From Schmidtea polychroa (lineage: Eukaryota), in NCBI GenBank assembly GCA_044892525.1, contig CM097886.1:142104001-142168000 (forward strand): DNA of 64,000 nucleotides, written 5' to 3'. The notes below the pieces were generated by a model, which was not told where the DNA came from, ran no database searches, and saw only the letters and a program-made list of their open reading frames with translations. Numbering within the stretch: position 1 is the stretch's first letter; every line of letters begins with the position of its first letter. Position numbers and translations under genes: made by a program. Shown here one piece after another: positions 29,901 to 42,450 of the stretch.

Positions 29901-30171
29901 GACTATTGGCAAAATAAAGTCAATGCTGAAAATTTGTGTTAGATAAAATCAATTGAAAGAAGAAAAGATAAATATGGAATAGAAATTTAGCCGCCATATT
30001 TAATATTTCATTTGATTTTATTAAATTTATGTAGTAACCGAAGGATACGAAAATGATGACATTTCAGTCCGTATCACACCATTCGATATTTACTATAAGA
30101 TTCCAGATCGAAATGAGGCAAGAATTGACAGCGAAGGATTTGAAATGGTGAAACGCCGAAAGCGGTCTTGA
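17960..30171 (+). CDS. PARN: Poly(A)-specific ribonuclease, 17 exons, 538 aa
   Basis: Exons 17960-17978, 18019-18096, 18141-18273, 18319-18455, 21674-21803, 21840-21959, 23578-23770, 23820-23897, 23946-23989, 24042-24084, 24133-24205, 24290-24403, 24461-24533, 27847-27905, 27946-28038, 28085-28177, 30035-30171. All introns are GT-AG and phase-compatible (1617 nt total). DEDD residues present: IDTELTG, AHNCFLDIMH, YHTAHYDAMVTG. R3H-like and RRM-like (IPEEW; WLNSTS) parts follow. The last exon is the least certain. Confidence 0.9.
19180..20295. repeat. Local tandem duplication in PARN intron 4 (A-x-B-A'-B')
   Basis: ~19180-19345 matches ~19910-20065 (ending GGATTTAATGATGTGGGTATTAA). ~19580-19868 matches ~20075-20295 (ending ATCATGGAAACCCTG). 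Confidence 0.85.
24655..25770. repeat. Diverged ~560-bp tandem duplication in PARN intron 13
   Basis: Both halves contain AATTACTGATAGCTAATTTCTTATTTAAAAAA, TAGCCTAGAATTTTGAA and ATGGATTTTACATTTATAATTTGGTATC in the same order. Confidence 0.85.
26453..27612 (+). mobile_element. Non-autonomous Helitron-like element
   Basis: 5' TCTAATATATAAAG...GTTTGTTTGTTTGT. 3' GC-rich subterminal CGAGCAAAGCCGGG followed by TACAACAGCTAG|T (CTAG terminus before T), the usual Helitron end pattern. The base before the 5' TC is G rather than the expected A. Confidence 0.55.
27008..27430 (-). mobile_element. Penelope-like element GIY-YIG endonuclease fragment
   Basis: LVYQFTCNGCNATYIGETSRYLCIRAREH matches the PLE motif VVY...C..C...YIGET.R.L..R..EH. 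No adjacent RT was seen. Confidence 0.8.
28328..28900 (-). mobile_element. Tc1/mariner transposase remnant
   Basis: TA|CAGTGTGATTCATAAG terminus. Minus strand reads EWPLRSPGLT (WPPRSPDL motif), then by frameshift YVKKNVYRSMPATLQEMRDSI. Left end is clear; right end is approximate. Confidence 0.7.
29713..29815. repeat. GATA/GATT low-complexity microsatellite
   Basis: Direct reading. Confidence 0.8.
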
Positions 30172-30449
30172 CTGTAGAGATTTGTGAATGAAATAAACAG
30201 TATATTACAAATCTTTATTTTCTATATATATGCAATGTTTAATGTGAAATTTTTTTTTATTGTTTTTTATTGGCCATTTAGGCAGTACATTTGAAAATGG
30301 AACATAATCGGTAATTATATGAAATAAATTTATATTTAAAAATATTTTGACTTTAGAAATGATTTATTAATTTTCTTAATCTATAATCTATATATTTCCT
30401 AATGCAATAATAATTGATGAATCGATTTAATATAAATTTGAAATTAATA

Positions 30450-31567
30450 TTAATATATTGATTCATAATTTATGCAAATGATAAACCGAGCTTCTAAATG
30501 ACATTGATTAGGCTTTAGAATGTTACCGCTAATTGTGTGAAAAATGAAGGACTGAGCTCTACTCCCTCTACACCCGATTTGGGTCACTACGAACCTAACC
30601 CCAAACATAATAGCCCATCGCCCTTGGTAACGCTTCTTGGTGAAACCTCTTACCATGCTCTTCTGACTCTGATCCAAAATTTGGTCTGAAGAAATCCAGA
30701 TGGGATTGCAAAAAGTGCAGCTTGTTGTTACCATATGTTGTATCTGATAACTTAGGAAACATGGAACATATGTACTGGAAAGCTGCTGACTGCGAATCCA
30801 ATGCCTTAACAAATTGTTTGGTTAGTCCAAGCTTGATATGCAAGGCTGGTAGCAGAACCATCTCTGCCAAATTCAAGCTATCTCGAATTACACTGTATTT
30901 ACCAACTGTTAGCTCCATGCGTGCAGGCCAGTCTCGAATAATGTAGTGTTGCTTTGGCGCTCTGCTGTCCCAAAGACATAGGAAGCACGAATATTTTGGT
31001 GTACCTACCTTGTAGACCAAGAAGGAACCCAATCATCTTCAAGTCTCCACATACATCCCATTGAAACTTGTAGTTTATCTTGATATATCGACCATACCAG
31101 TCTGTAATGTGGTTCGTTGGTATGCATTTTCGATATCCTCTTAGCCAGCCCTCCATAGTTGATCTGTAAGTACCACGAGACACACAAGGAGCCAATTTTT
31201 TGTCTTGATCACCTATATGGATCCCAAATTACTCAGCATAGCCGGTCCGCGGCTTGGTCCCACGCAATAATTGATGTTTTGGCTGTTTTGGCCACAAATA
31301 TAAAAAAATGCGTATTGGCAGATAGTTTACACTTTCGAGAAGAGGCCATAAATGTGTTAATCAATATCCTATCAAAAAATGAAAATAGAAAAAATGCATA
31401 TTAAAAACAATTTCAGTGAAACAGATTAAGTTCAATAGCAAAACAACGGGAAACGCTAGATAAAACGAATGTGATATTTGAATTTAGAGGGTTACTATAG
31501 AAATAGTTTCTATAGATTTACTATAGAAACTCTCTAAAAGTAATATAGCTATTTTTGTTGTGTTGTG
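30450..31567 (-). mobile_element. Decayed DNA transposon, probably Chapaev/CMC (RAG1/Transib-like DDE fold)
   Basis: Frameshifted pieces WDVCGDLKMIGFLLGLQG, CFLCLWDSRA, LPALHIKLGLTKQFVKALD, KLHFLQSHLDFF and SEEHGKRFHQ. A CAC-starting end is seen at 31567. The superfamily assignment is from memory of motifs. Confidence 0.6.
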
Positions 31568-31814
31568 TAATTGTTTTTTTTTAATTTGCGCACCCGAATA
31601 GATTGCGCATTTCTCATATATAATATTATACTATTTTTTATAAAAATATTAAGGGTAATTTTAGGGATTTAAATTTTTATTGCATATGTTATTGAGAATA
31701 TTTTTATTTTCCGAATCATTTTGTCTGATTTTTGAAAATTACATTTGTTCATATAATTTACTGTTGGAATTTATTCGTATGAATTTTGTTTTTTAATGAT
31801 AAGTACGGCTGTTA

Positions 31815-32270
31815 CGTTACAAGAGCATTGAATGATTTTAAATTAAAGACTAAAAGTGGAAATATTAAAATACCTTCATATGTTGAATTCTCTGGCTGGA
31901 TCAAGGAGTGGAGTGAAATCTAGCCGTTGACAATATATTGAAAATTTCAAAATAGTGGGAGCTCATCCAGTTGTTATCAAAAATAATTTCATAGAAGCAC
32001 TGAATGAGCCTTCGAAGAAATGTTTCTTAGGGATTTTTGATCAAGGAAAGTGGCTTGAAAATTATGAGAAACTAATTCAAGATTTTGGAGATGGTAAATT
32101 TTTTGATAAAAATTGTTATGAATACGAATTTACAAATAACTCTGAATCTCTATGGGTTACGATTTTTAAGATCATCAAAGTGAAGATATCATTCATTGCC
32201 TGGAAGAAAGTTATGGTAACACAATTAAAGTCATGTATTGAAGAAACTCCAGAATTATCAGAATAATAAT
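31815..32270 (+). mobile_element. Possible pogo-family transposase C-terminal remnant
   Basis: TKSGNIKIPSYVEFSGWIKEWSEI resembles the pogo T..GN.K.PS....W+..AW motif; multiple stops. Confidence 0.35.
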
Positions 32271-33149
32271 GAGAAAAGATTACTGGAATCAGAAAAAATA
32301 TCAGAAAGCAAAATATAACTTCACGCCTTTTCAAGATTTCTCAATATTCAAATTACTTTGATCGAATTAAACGATGATTACATCGAACTTGATCGCTGTC
32401 CTGGTAGTGCTTATTGGTAGTGATATTGTATTTTAGTTTTGGCAGTAGTGGATTCTCACATTGAGTTGGTTGTACTGTAGTGTTAGTAGTAGTCTGTGGG
32501 TTGGGTTGAGGTAGCCCTTCAAAAGTTACAATTTGTGAACGCGTGTGTGGTGAGTATGACGACATAGTATCCAATGACCATGGCCAATATGTTGGGTAAT
32601 CATTACCCCTTCTCCCTATTTTTGTATCTGACGGCCTCACATACCACTACTTCTCCTCTTCGTCAGAAAATTTGGTAATACTTGTAGTATTTAATTCGTT
32701 CGCTCTAATGTTTTCACTGCTCTCAAATTCGTCTGATTCTAATACTGATTCTGATTTCTGACTAAAATTTCTATTTCTTTTGGCTTTTCCTCCTCTATTA
32801 GTGAACTGATTCCTCCTCTGGATTGCTTGCTTGACTTTATCAAAAATAATTAACACTTCTAGTATATATCATAATTGCTCGTTCGTTTTATCATGCCATT
32901 CATCAATTTTTCTATTTTACACTACTTATCTAATCTTCTTCCAATTTTTTATCTTTCTAATTTCTCTATCATCATTTTCATAATGCGCTTTACGCTTGTA
33001 ATTTTCGCTAATCGACACTTCCCCTTTTCAATTTTACGCCTATTTTGAATAATCTATAACTCGCATCAGTAATTTTTACAGTTTTATCAATTATCTATTC
33101 CCTTTTATAATCATTATATCAATATAATATTTATTAATATCTTAACTTG

Positions 33150-33470
33150 TGTACACCCTTATTGGCATATTCCTAAAACGTCTTTTTTATTTTTCTCGTT
33201 CGCTGATGCTCAATTATCATTTTATTCCTAATAAATCTTTTTCTCTTTTGGCGGGTCTAATCTGTTTCAATTCATTCACTTTAATCAGTTTCTCGTTTCT
33301 CTTAACTCATCTTATCAATTTATCAGCTTTAATTAACTAATTCCCCAGCTTGGTTCAATCCTTGGCTATGGTTTGCATAAACCCTGTGTCCCCAACCAGT
33401 TTAACATCATCCGCGATTCGGTTTACACGTCGGCATTATCTACCACTATCTACTTGCCGGTTCATCAAAT
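33150..33470 (-). mobile_element. Possible CR1-like non-LTR RT remnant
   Basis: IADDVKLV and EKDLLGI in one stop-riddled frame, resembling FADD.KL and EKDLG motifs. Confidence 0.3.
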
Positions 33471-33899
33471 CCTTTTAATCTCATTTCAAATACTAGAACA
33501 AAGACATAAAGGGAACAGGAGTGGTGGGTCTTTATTCAAAAAGTCCAAAACACTGAAAAATCTTTGAAAAAATGAGTGATAATAAAACAAAACTAGAAGT
33601 CATACAAAGAAAATATTTTTATTCAATATCAATTTTCAAATTAAAAATTTTTAGCGGGGATGGAAGTACTTAAAACTTAGAAAGTTTGTTATAGAGTATC
33701 ATATATATCAAATATTTTTCATTAAAACCTATATCTCTAAAGGTTTTGTGTTTGTTAATCATAGTTTAACACAAATTAATAACTAACATTTGATTAATCA
33801 TTTTTTGTTAATTAATTTCTAAGTCCTAATACACCTACTTTTCCACTTGGAAAAATATTAATAAACATAATGTAAAGAATAAAAATAAATGATAAATTC

Positions 33900-36800
33900 C
33901 AAAAACTTTATAGTACCCGGTGTGTCGACGCCAACACAATCACCAATAGTTTTTGGGAAATAATATTCAGTGACATAACTTGAGGACCCAGACAATCAAA
34001 AATAATAAATCACACATGCCAACATTACATAATATAGGGTAAAGGTTAGGGAAATAAAATATCCCTTTATAATTACATCACACCCACTTCGTTTTAAATG
34101 GCTTTAGCCATTCCACATTTCTAGTAATAAATTTATTATCAGTATTCCTTAATAAATAACTATTTTTATTATATTTTTCCATTATTTCAAAAGTTCCGCA
34201 ATACATGCTATATTGCTTGTTTCTGATATCTTCCTTGACGAGTACCAATTCACCGACTCTGAAAGATCTATGTATTCGATTTTCTTGATTATAATTATTT
34301 ATACGGCTCAATGGTTAATATTCAATGCTATTTCATGCTTCTTTGATTCTTTAGTATCAATTTCTGGACTATTAGTAAAACGCTCTTTGCAAAATTTTTT
34401 CCATATATTACTTCAACAGGACTAACTTTTATACTTGACTGCATTGCTGAATTCATTGCAAATTCTATATGAGGCGATGCTTCTTACTATGTCTTAAATT
34501 GTTTCTCTTACAGACAGCATGAAATCCAGTCTCTTAGCTTTCTAAATTGTCTTTCAATTTGTCCATTAGATTGATGATGATAAGGGCCTGAATAAACTAT
34601 TTTCAAATGATAATTTACTGCCATATTTTTAAAATTTGAGATTCGAAACATTTTCCTTTATCAGCACGATTTTCCTTTGGTGGTCCAAACTTCAATATCC
34701 ACGAACTTTTCATATTATCAATTAATGTCTTTTCTTTTTGTGTTCTTACAGCTTTTAATACTATATATTTACTAAAATGATCTATTATAACCATCACATA
34801 TCTTTTGCCAGGTGGTGCCATTTTAAAGGGGCCACAAAAATCAATATATATTTTTCAAATGGTTCTTGCACAATTAATTTTTCAATAACTTCTTTTGTTT
34901 TCCCAGTGAATGTTTTACGTTTCTGGCAAATTTCACAAGTTGTTTCTCTTGATATTCTTTTGATACTTTTATCCATTTCTTGAAATTCGTGATAATTCTT
35001 TATGTAATTTGTAGTTTTGTTGATTCCTGCATGACACAATTCTTTATGGATTTCTAGAATAAAATGGTTTTTCATATATGAAGGAATATATATTTTAGTA
35101 CTATGAGTCATAATAATTCCATTGTCCACATAATAATCTTCAGTTTTGGCGTTCTGGATGTTTTCTTTTATTTTCATTATTTCTTCAGAATTATTTTGCC
35201 ATTTAAATGTTTGATCTTCTATTGACATTGCTAAAATTTTAGTTTTAATATTTTCTGCTTTAGCATCAATATGAGTCATCTAACATTGTGTGCAATTTTC
35301 TACATTCAGTCGTGATAGTGCGTCTGCATTATTGTGTTTCTCACCTTTGCGATATTCTAATTATAAGTCCAAACTACTTAAAAAATTTATCCAATACTGA
35401 AACTGAGCGGTAATTGGCTTTTTAGTAGTTAACATAAATGTGATTGCCTTATGATCAGTTCTTAAAATAAAATTTTTCCCGTAGAGATAATGTTTAAAAT
35501 TCTGTGTAAAATGGAAAACAGATAATAATTCCTTCCTTGTTATACAGTACCAAAATTTCATGTTTATTCATACTTTTTGACCCATATGTGATTATCTTTT
35601 CTTCATTATTGTCATCTCTTTACGATAAAACAGCACCAATACAATCAAAACTAGCATCTGTATCTAAAATGAACGTTTTATTAAAATCTGGATGACATAG
35701 TAATGGTGCACTAATCAAACTATGTTTTAACTCGTCAATGGCTTTTTCACATTGTGATGTCCAAATAATACTTTTGTTTTTACCTCCAATCAAAGATTCC
35801 AATGACCTAGCCATTTTTGAGTAGTTTTGAATAAATTTTCTATAGTAATTACACAATCCTAAATTTTTCCTAGAAGTTTCACACAATTAGGCTGCTTTAC
35901 ATTTTTAATTGTTTCGATCTTAGAATTATCTGTTTTGATACCTTTTTCATTAATTATTTGTCCAATAAATTTTAATTCAGATACTAAGAACTTGCATTTC
36001 TCAGGCTTAATTTTTAGTGCCGATTTCCTAATTCCATGGAAAAGTTTATTTATTTTTTTTGTTCTTCAATAGTTTTCGAAAAGATCACTTCATATCTCCA
36101 ATTATTAATTTCATAATGTCAAAAGGCATCCTATTAAAACAATATTGGCCCTGTAGAAAATGCTGTTTTCAAATTACTCTCTTCATCCAATTCAACTTGA
36201 TAATAAGCATTTCCTAAGTCGATCGACGAAAAATTGGGAATTGGAAAAGATGGTCTAACTGTATTTGAATTTAAAATTCTAAAATCCAAACACATCCGAA
36301 TTTCAGAAGTTCCCTATTTTAGCACACATACTATTGGTGAATTCCAAAGTGATTCGAATTTCTCTATAATTTTATTTTCCTTTAGGTTTTTAACAACTTC
36401 CTCTAGATTTTCCTCATAATGCATTGGTTGTCGCCGCGACTTAATTGGTATTGGGTTGCAATTAGTTTCTATTCTGTGGTTTAAAATATTTGTTTTGCCT
36501 ATATCCCATTTATTATACATAAAAATATCTGAGAATTCAACAACTATTTCATATATCGGATTGCATTTCTCTATTTTCAATATTTCATTCATAAATTTAT
36601 TTTTATTATTTACTTTTAAATTATTACCAAATTTTGCTTGCAAACTGAGAACATTTTCATTACAAAATTAAACTAACTTAATATTAAAAGAATTCAATAT
36701 ATCTATTCCTACAATTACTTCTGTGTATATTTCCTTAGCAACAAAAAATTCTCCAGTTATTTCTTTATTGTTAAATTCTAAATTTAGAGAAACTTTCTAA

Positions 36801-38120
36801 AATCCCCAACAAACTACCGTTTGCGCAAGATATCTTTCTATTTCCTTCATTAAAAAATTTTAATTCAATTTTTCAGTAATCGATTAATATAAAACACTTA
36901 TTTTTGCTCCTGTGCCAAATAATGAATTAAAAGTTACATTATTTAATTTAACATTATTAAATGGTCTACCATCTACATTACAATATCCTATATCCAGGGG
37001 TGCTGGTTAATCCGTAACAACCGGTTTTAATATCTTTAATAACATTAACACTCGATAATTTTAATTTTTTATTAGATATATTTAAAAAACAATCATTTTT
37101 ATCACAATCACACACAAATATACAGTCGTTCTCATTTTGTTCAGTATTACAATTATTAATTAAATAAAAATCATAATCAAATTTTTGATTGGGGAAACAA
37201 TCAACATTTAGATTAATAGACAAACAATCAACCAAACAATCATTACATTCAGCATTTAGGGTCCTAAAAAATTATCATTGCTTACATGTGATTTACCGTT
37301 CCTAACATATCCCTTCTGTTTGGAGCTTTGGCATTTCTCGATATTTCTGATTGTCCATCATAGTCGTTCGGTTTGTCATCAGCTACGTTTTCTCCATTGT
37401 TTTGATCATCTTCTTGATTAGAATTTCTATTGTATCGATTGAAATTCCAATGGTTTGGATTCGAAGTTCTTTGCAATTTCATCTCGTACTGATTCTGTTT
37501 TTGAAAACACTGAAAACTGAAATGACATGCTTTACCACAACACGAACATCGAATATTTGGGCATTCCCGACGAATATAACCAATTTCACGGCATGTGTAA
37601 CATTGCACTTTTGAATATTGATCTGATTTTGATACCAGTTTTTATTTTGAGGTCTTTCACTGAAATTTCTATTGAAATTTTTTTGATAATCTGCTCCTCC
37701 TTCTTGAAATTGATTTCTTTGTAATTTTGAATATTCATTTTTGTTATCACTTTGATTTCGCTGATTTCCATCATTATTTCTTTTCGTTTTTTCACCGTTT
37801 GTCACAATTGACGCGTATGAGGTATTTCCAGCGACTGAAACTTGTTGTATTTTGGATTTATCCTCATCCATTTTCTGTAAAATTCTATATATTTAATATA
37901 TTTATTTGCCATTGGACCTTTTTGTACTGGCTCTCCATCATTTCTTAAATCTTCTTACGATTATTTTACTTTCAGTAATTTCATATCTTTTAATTTCACG
38001 TTTTTCTTCTTCATTATCAAGGCAATGTTTTAAGAAGAACATTGTCAAATTTGACATTGTTAGCTTCAAGATTTTGTATCTTTTTTTGTATCATTTTTTG
38101 TATCTTTTTCCATAATTATT
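33900..38120 (-). mobile_element. Decayed Ty3/Gypsy LTR retrotransposon A (5'-truncated)
   Basis: In order: gag Zn knuckles (CYTCREIGYIRREC, CSCCGKACHFSFQC), protease remnant LFGTGAKISV (~36900), RT (WNSPIVCV; SIDLG), RNase H (FILDTDASFDCIGAVLS; RTDHKAI), integrase (HKELCHAG..CEIC; VIIDHFSK; DKGKCF). A purine tract and TG-starting putative LTR lie at ~34077. Left boundary is approximate. Confidence 0.9.
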
Positions 38121-38184
38121 TCTTTGTTCAGTATTGGCATTTGACTGAGATTCTCTTGGGTGAGTTTTTTCTTATGCACAGAGT
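38121..38184 (-). other. 64-bp copy of CDC5L exon 2 (45109-45172), 61/64 identical
   Basis: TCTTTGTTCAGTATTGGCATTTGACTGAGATTCTCTTGGGTGAGTTTTTTCTTATGCACAGAGT differs from the CDC5L sequence at 3 positions. Both encode SVHKKKLTQENLSQMPI. Confidence 0.95.
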
Positions 38185-38189
38185 ATTTT

Positions 38190-41100
38190 TGATTTGTTAT
38201 TCTATGGAAAGAATTTAAAGATATCTCCACAACAAAGGAAAAAGCTCGTGAATGGTTTAATGACACATTTACAAAAAAGAAGCCCATTATGGATAAGATT
38301 TGTGACTTATCATCAGTGAAACAAAATCATGATGAAAAATTCGTTACATTCGAGATACGAGTGAAGAAACTATTTGACGAGGTTTTCGACTGTGGAATTT
38401 CAAAAGATAATATTGTTGAAATGATTTTTTGCAACAGAGTTCGGAACGAATGTTTGAAAGAAAATATATCAACGAAGGCTAACTTCACGAGAGAAGAAAT
38501 CATAAATTTAGCAAAGGTATATGAGGCACGAGAAGGTTATGATGCATAAGAACGATTGGAAAAAGTCCAGGTATTAGCTAAATCAACATATGCAGACGTT
38601 GCTCAAAATTAACAGATGCAGTGGACTCAAAAATCATCTTTTGATAACAAAATATATTCAAGTTCTCAACCAGAAAAAAAGTTATCAATATAGAAAACAA
38701 AGAAACGAAAGACAAATTGATAAAGTGAAACATGTGGCAGAACAATATAATGAAAGGACAACTACGTATCGTAGACCACCACTGTTAGTTTCAATGAAAC
38801 ATTTTGCGAGAAAGGTTTATAATAGATGTTGAGGTTTACCTGAGCCAGCAGTGGAAATGTTAAGATCTGGTGAATGCTTTTGTTGTGGACAAAGTGATCA
38901 TATGCGATTTGAGTGTCCGTTGACAGACAAATGCTTAATATGCGGTAAAGAAGGTCATTCATTTAGAAGTTGTAATTTGTTAGCAAAATCAAGAAGTAAT
39001 ACTCAAAGACCGGAACGAAGAGTGTATTGTATACACGAAGAAGACAACGATAGATCAGAAGAATTGATAGAACTAGTCATGCATAATGTCGAGAGAAAAA
39101 AAAATCAAGAAGACCCTGTTGTTTACATTTCGTTAGTAGGGTCGAGAAAGTAGATTAGTATAAAAACCGAAATGTTGTAACGAAGTATGTAATGTTTAAG
39201 AAGGATGATGATAGGAAGTGGAGTGCAATGGAAATAAATGAATTTTATGTTGAAATGCTATGGGATTCAGGAGCTTCAATCAGTGTGATGATTGAAAAAT
39301 GTTGGAGATTGATTGGCAGTCCAACATTGATGGAAAGCAGAGTACGGTTGAGTGGAGTATTTTCAAAAGAAGAAGAGAAATCTCTCGGAAGCGTAAATAT
39401 CGTTGCAAAATGGAACAACAAATGTCGTGAATTGAATTTTATTGTCAGAAAAATTCATCCAGATTTTATAGGAGGGGTAAACACCATGAGAATATTTGGC
39501 ATGGAGCTTAAAGAAGTCAATAATATTGATGCCGCATTGGTTACTAAGAGATTTACAGATTCTGATCGGTTAGAGTTTGCGTTATCGACGCTGAAGTTGG
39601 ACAGGAGTTCGAAATTGGGTACTTTAATATCTAAGTTTAGCAACATTTTTATGGCATCCAGTTTTGACTTAGGTCAAACAAAAGTAATAACACATGAAAT
39701 AACGACTTCAGGTCCTCCGATTTTACAAAATCCCAGAAGACAACTCATGGATTTAGAAAGAAAAATTGAAGAGTTAGTAGAGAATTTATTAGAAGTTGGA
39801 GTTGTGATAAAATGTCAAAGTCCGTGGAACACACCACTTGTGATAGTTGGAAAACCAGATGGTTCTATAAGAATGTGTCTAGATTTTAGGTTATTAAATT
39901 CAGTCACAGAAAAGTTTTCATTTCAGATGCCAGGCATGCAGTTGTTATTGGACTGTCTCTGTAAGTCAAAAATATTTTCATCAATTGATTTAGGTCAGGC
40001 CTATTTCAGGTAGAGTTGCATGAAAATTCCCAAACCAAGACGGTATTCAGTACAAAAGAGGGACAGTTTTATTTTAACAGGTTGCCATTTGATTTATCAT
40101 CAGCCCCTGCCACTTTTCAGAAATCGATGCGTCAGATATTGGAAGGATTAATTTTTAAAGGAGTGGCTATATATTTTGATGACATTTATATATATGAGGA
40201 AAATAAGGAAATTCATGATAAACTTCTATTTAAGTATTCACACGAATTAGAGATGCCGGTTTGAAAGTTAATACTGAGAAATGCGCCTTCTATAAAAGCG
40301 TATTAAATTTCATTTGGTCATACAGTGAGTGAAAAAGGAATTCAAACAAATAAAAGATTTCAGAAATTGAAAATCCAACCGAACCAAAAAGTGTCACAGA
40401 ATTGAGATCATTCTTAGGTTTAATGACGGTTTATTATGAATTATTCAATGATAGCAGCACCTTTGTATGCAGCCACGACAGGTAATGATAAAATGATTGT
40501 TTAGACTGAAGAATGTAGAAAAGGTTTTATCAATTTAAAGAAATCTTTGTGTGAAGCACCAATATTAGAATTTCCAAGAGCAGGAGAATGGTGTTTAGAA
40601 CAGATAGTAGTGGATATTGCATATATGGACACAAAAGTAAGTAAGAAATATATGATAGTGATAATAGATCGTTTTAGTATATTGGTCAGTTTATCAACAA
40701 CAAATACACAGGATGAATCAACGATTTTGAAAGGCATTCTGAATAATTGGATATATCGGTTTGGTAGACCAGAAAGCATTCTTACAGATAGAGGAAGAAT
40801 TTTTGAAGGACCAATGTTTCGTGATTGGATGAAAAAAATTGGCATAAAACAAGAATTTAGTTCAACATCAAATAAAATGGTTTAGCTAAACGAATAATAA
40901 GAACAGTTAGGGACATGCTGGCAACATCATTGACAGATATTAAAACAAAGAATAATTGGTGCAAATTGTTACCAAAAATTGAATTTAGTTTGAATGTGAC
41001 AGTACAAAACTCGAAATGTTTTTTACCATTTCAAATTGTATATGGTCGGAAGATTAATTTATATTCTTGATTAGGACACATACAAAAAAGCAGAGAAGAA

Positions 41101-41360
41101 ATTATAGATAAAACAAAAACAAATTTAGAGAAAGCAGCGACAACAATGAAAAATAGAGATGGAAGAGGAAGTATTAGTTCGTTTGGAACCGCATAGGCGA
41201 AAGAAGGAGGGAATTCATTATGAGGGACGTTACAAAATTTTAAAATTCTTATCACCAAGACAAGTTGAATTACAATTTCCAAACTCAATAAAATCACGAA
41301 GAATTGAATGGCTGAAAAGATGCAATGAAAATGAAGATGAGGAGAATGATGTTCAATAAT
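38190..41360 (+). mobile_element. Decayed Ty3/Gypsy LTR retrotransposon B (5'-truncated, internal deletion)
   Basis: gag (WKEFKD...LSSVKQNHDEKF; CFCCGQSDHMRFEC; CLICGKEGHSFRSC), protease LWDSGASISV, RT (SPWNTPLVIV; MCLDFRLLN; SIDLGQAY; YFDDI), integrase core (IIDRFS; TDRGRIF) and C-terminus (YEGRYKILK). Confidence 0.92.
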
Positions 41361-41789
41361 TAATGTTTATTAATTATAGTTGTTTTAATAATGGAAAGGA
41401 CACGTTGAATTATTTAAATATTTAAATATACTTTATTTGTTAATTGTTATTTGTTATTATGATGTGTGAAGAAAATATAACTGTCAAAAAAATCAATTAG
41501 ATAACCGATGAGCAAAAATTCCGGCTACAGCAAAGTTTTTCCCTAATGGGGGTACCGGATGGTCATGTTGCAGCGGATTACTAACTACATACTATTATTT
41601 ATGGATGCTATCTACAACAACCTTTTGTCAATCATTATATCCTTTTTATTCTATTGTTTATCGACCCACTTTTTCTACTAAATTTCCCATTAGGGGCTTT
41701 TAAATAACTTTATGTCAATAGTCATTATTTTGAAACCTTTAATGTCTAATTCAATTTACATATTTAAGCAAAAATACATTGCTTTTTAG

Positions 41790-42450
41790 AGTTTAGTTTA
41801 TTATGACATCAAATTGAATAATTTCATAATAATTAAATATTATTATAAGAACCTTTTTTCTTCCGATTTCACCACTGATTATTTTTTCCATTTTATTTAT
41901 TAAAAAGAGAGTTTGAACACTATAAATCAATAATATTTCAATATATCGATATATCACTTGAAAAAGGCAGTGCCTAAAATTCTTGAGTATCAAAAAACAT
42001 CGATATATTACTGATTTATAGTCTTCAAACTCTTTTTAATAAATATAATAATTAAATTCTACATAACTCCCCTCCAAGGTAGTGCGACGGTTCAATTGTT
42101 GCATGAAATTGATTGGTAGTAACGGCTGTGGCTCTATCGTTAATTGATATTTTGAAAGTTTTCAATCCTGCTGATCGGTTTAGTACTTTGAGTGGCCCAT
42201 CATAAGGAAGATGGTTTGTTGTTGGTTTTTGTAACAGGACAATTATTACAATTATCTAATTCCTTTTGAACGGATACTTTGACATTCTGAGATTTTTTTT
42301 CTTCTCCGAATTCCTTTCGTCGAAATTATTTTTAATTAGTTGTGAGTTCTCTTCTTTTGTTTCGGAACCCTCATTGAATTGTATGTTGCCTGCTAATTTC
42401 AATTCATTTCCAAATACTCGTTCTGCTGGCGACGTTAAATTATTTGATTA
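41790..42450 (-). mobile_element. 3' remnant of a third Gypsy element (integrase tail, PPT, start of LTR)
   Basis: Minus strand reads HLPYDGPLKVLNRS...LGGE, then polypurine GGAGGGGAG followed by TGTAG at 42063. Left boundary is approximate. Confidence 0.6.
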
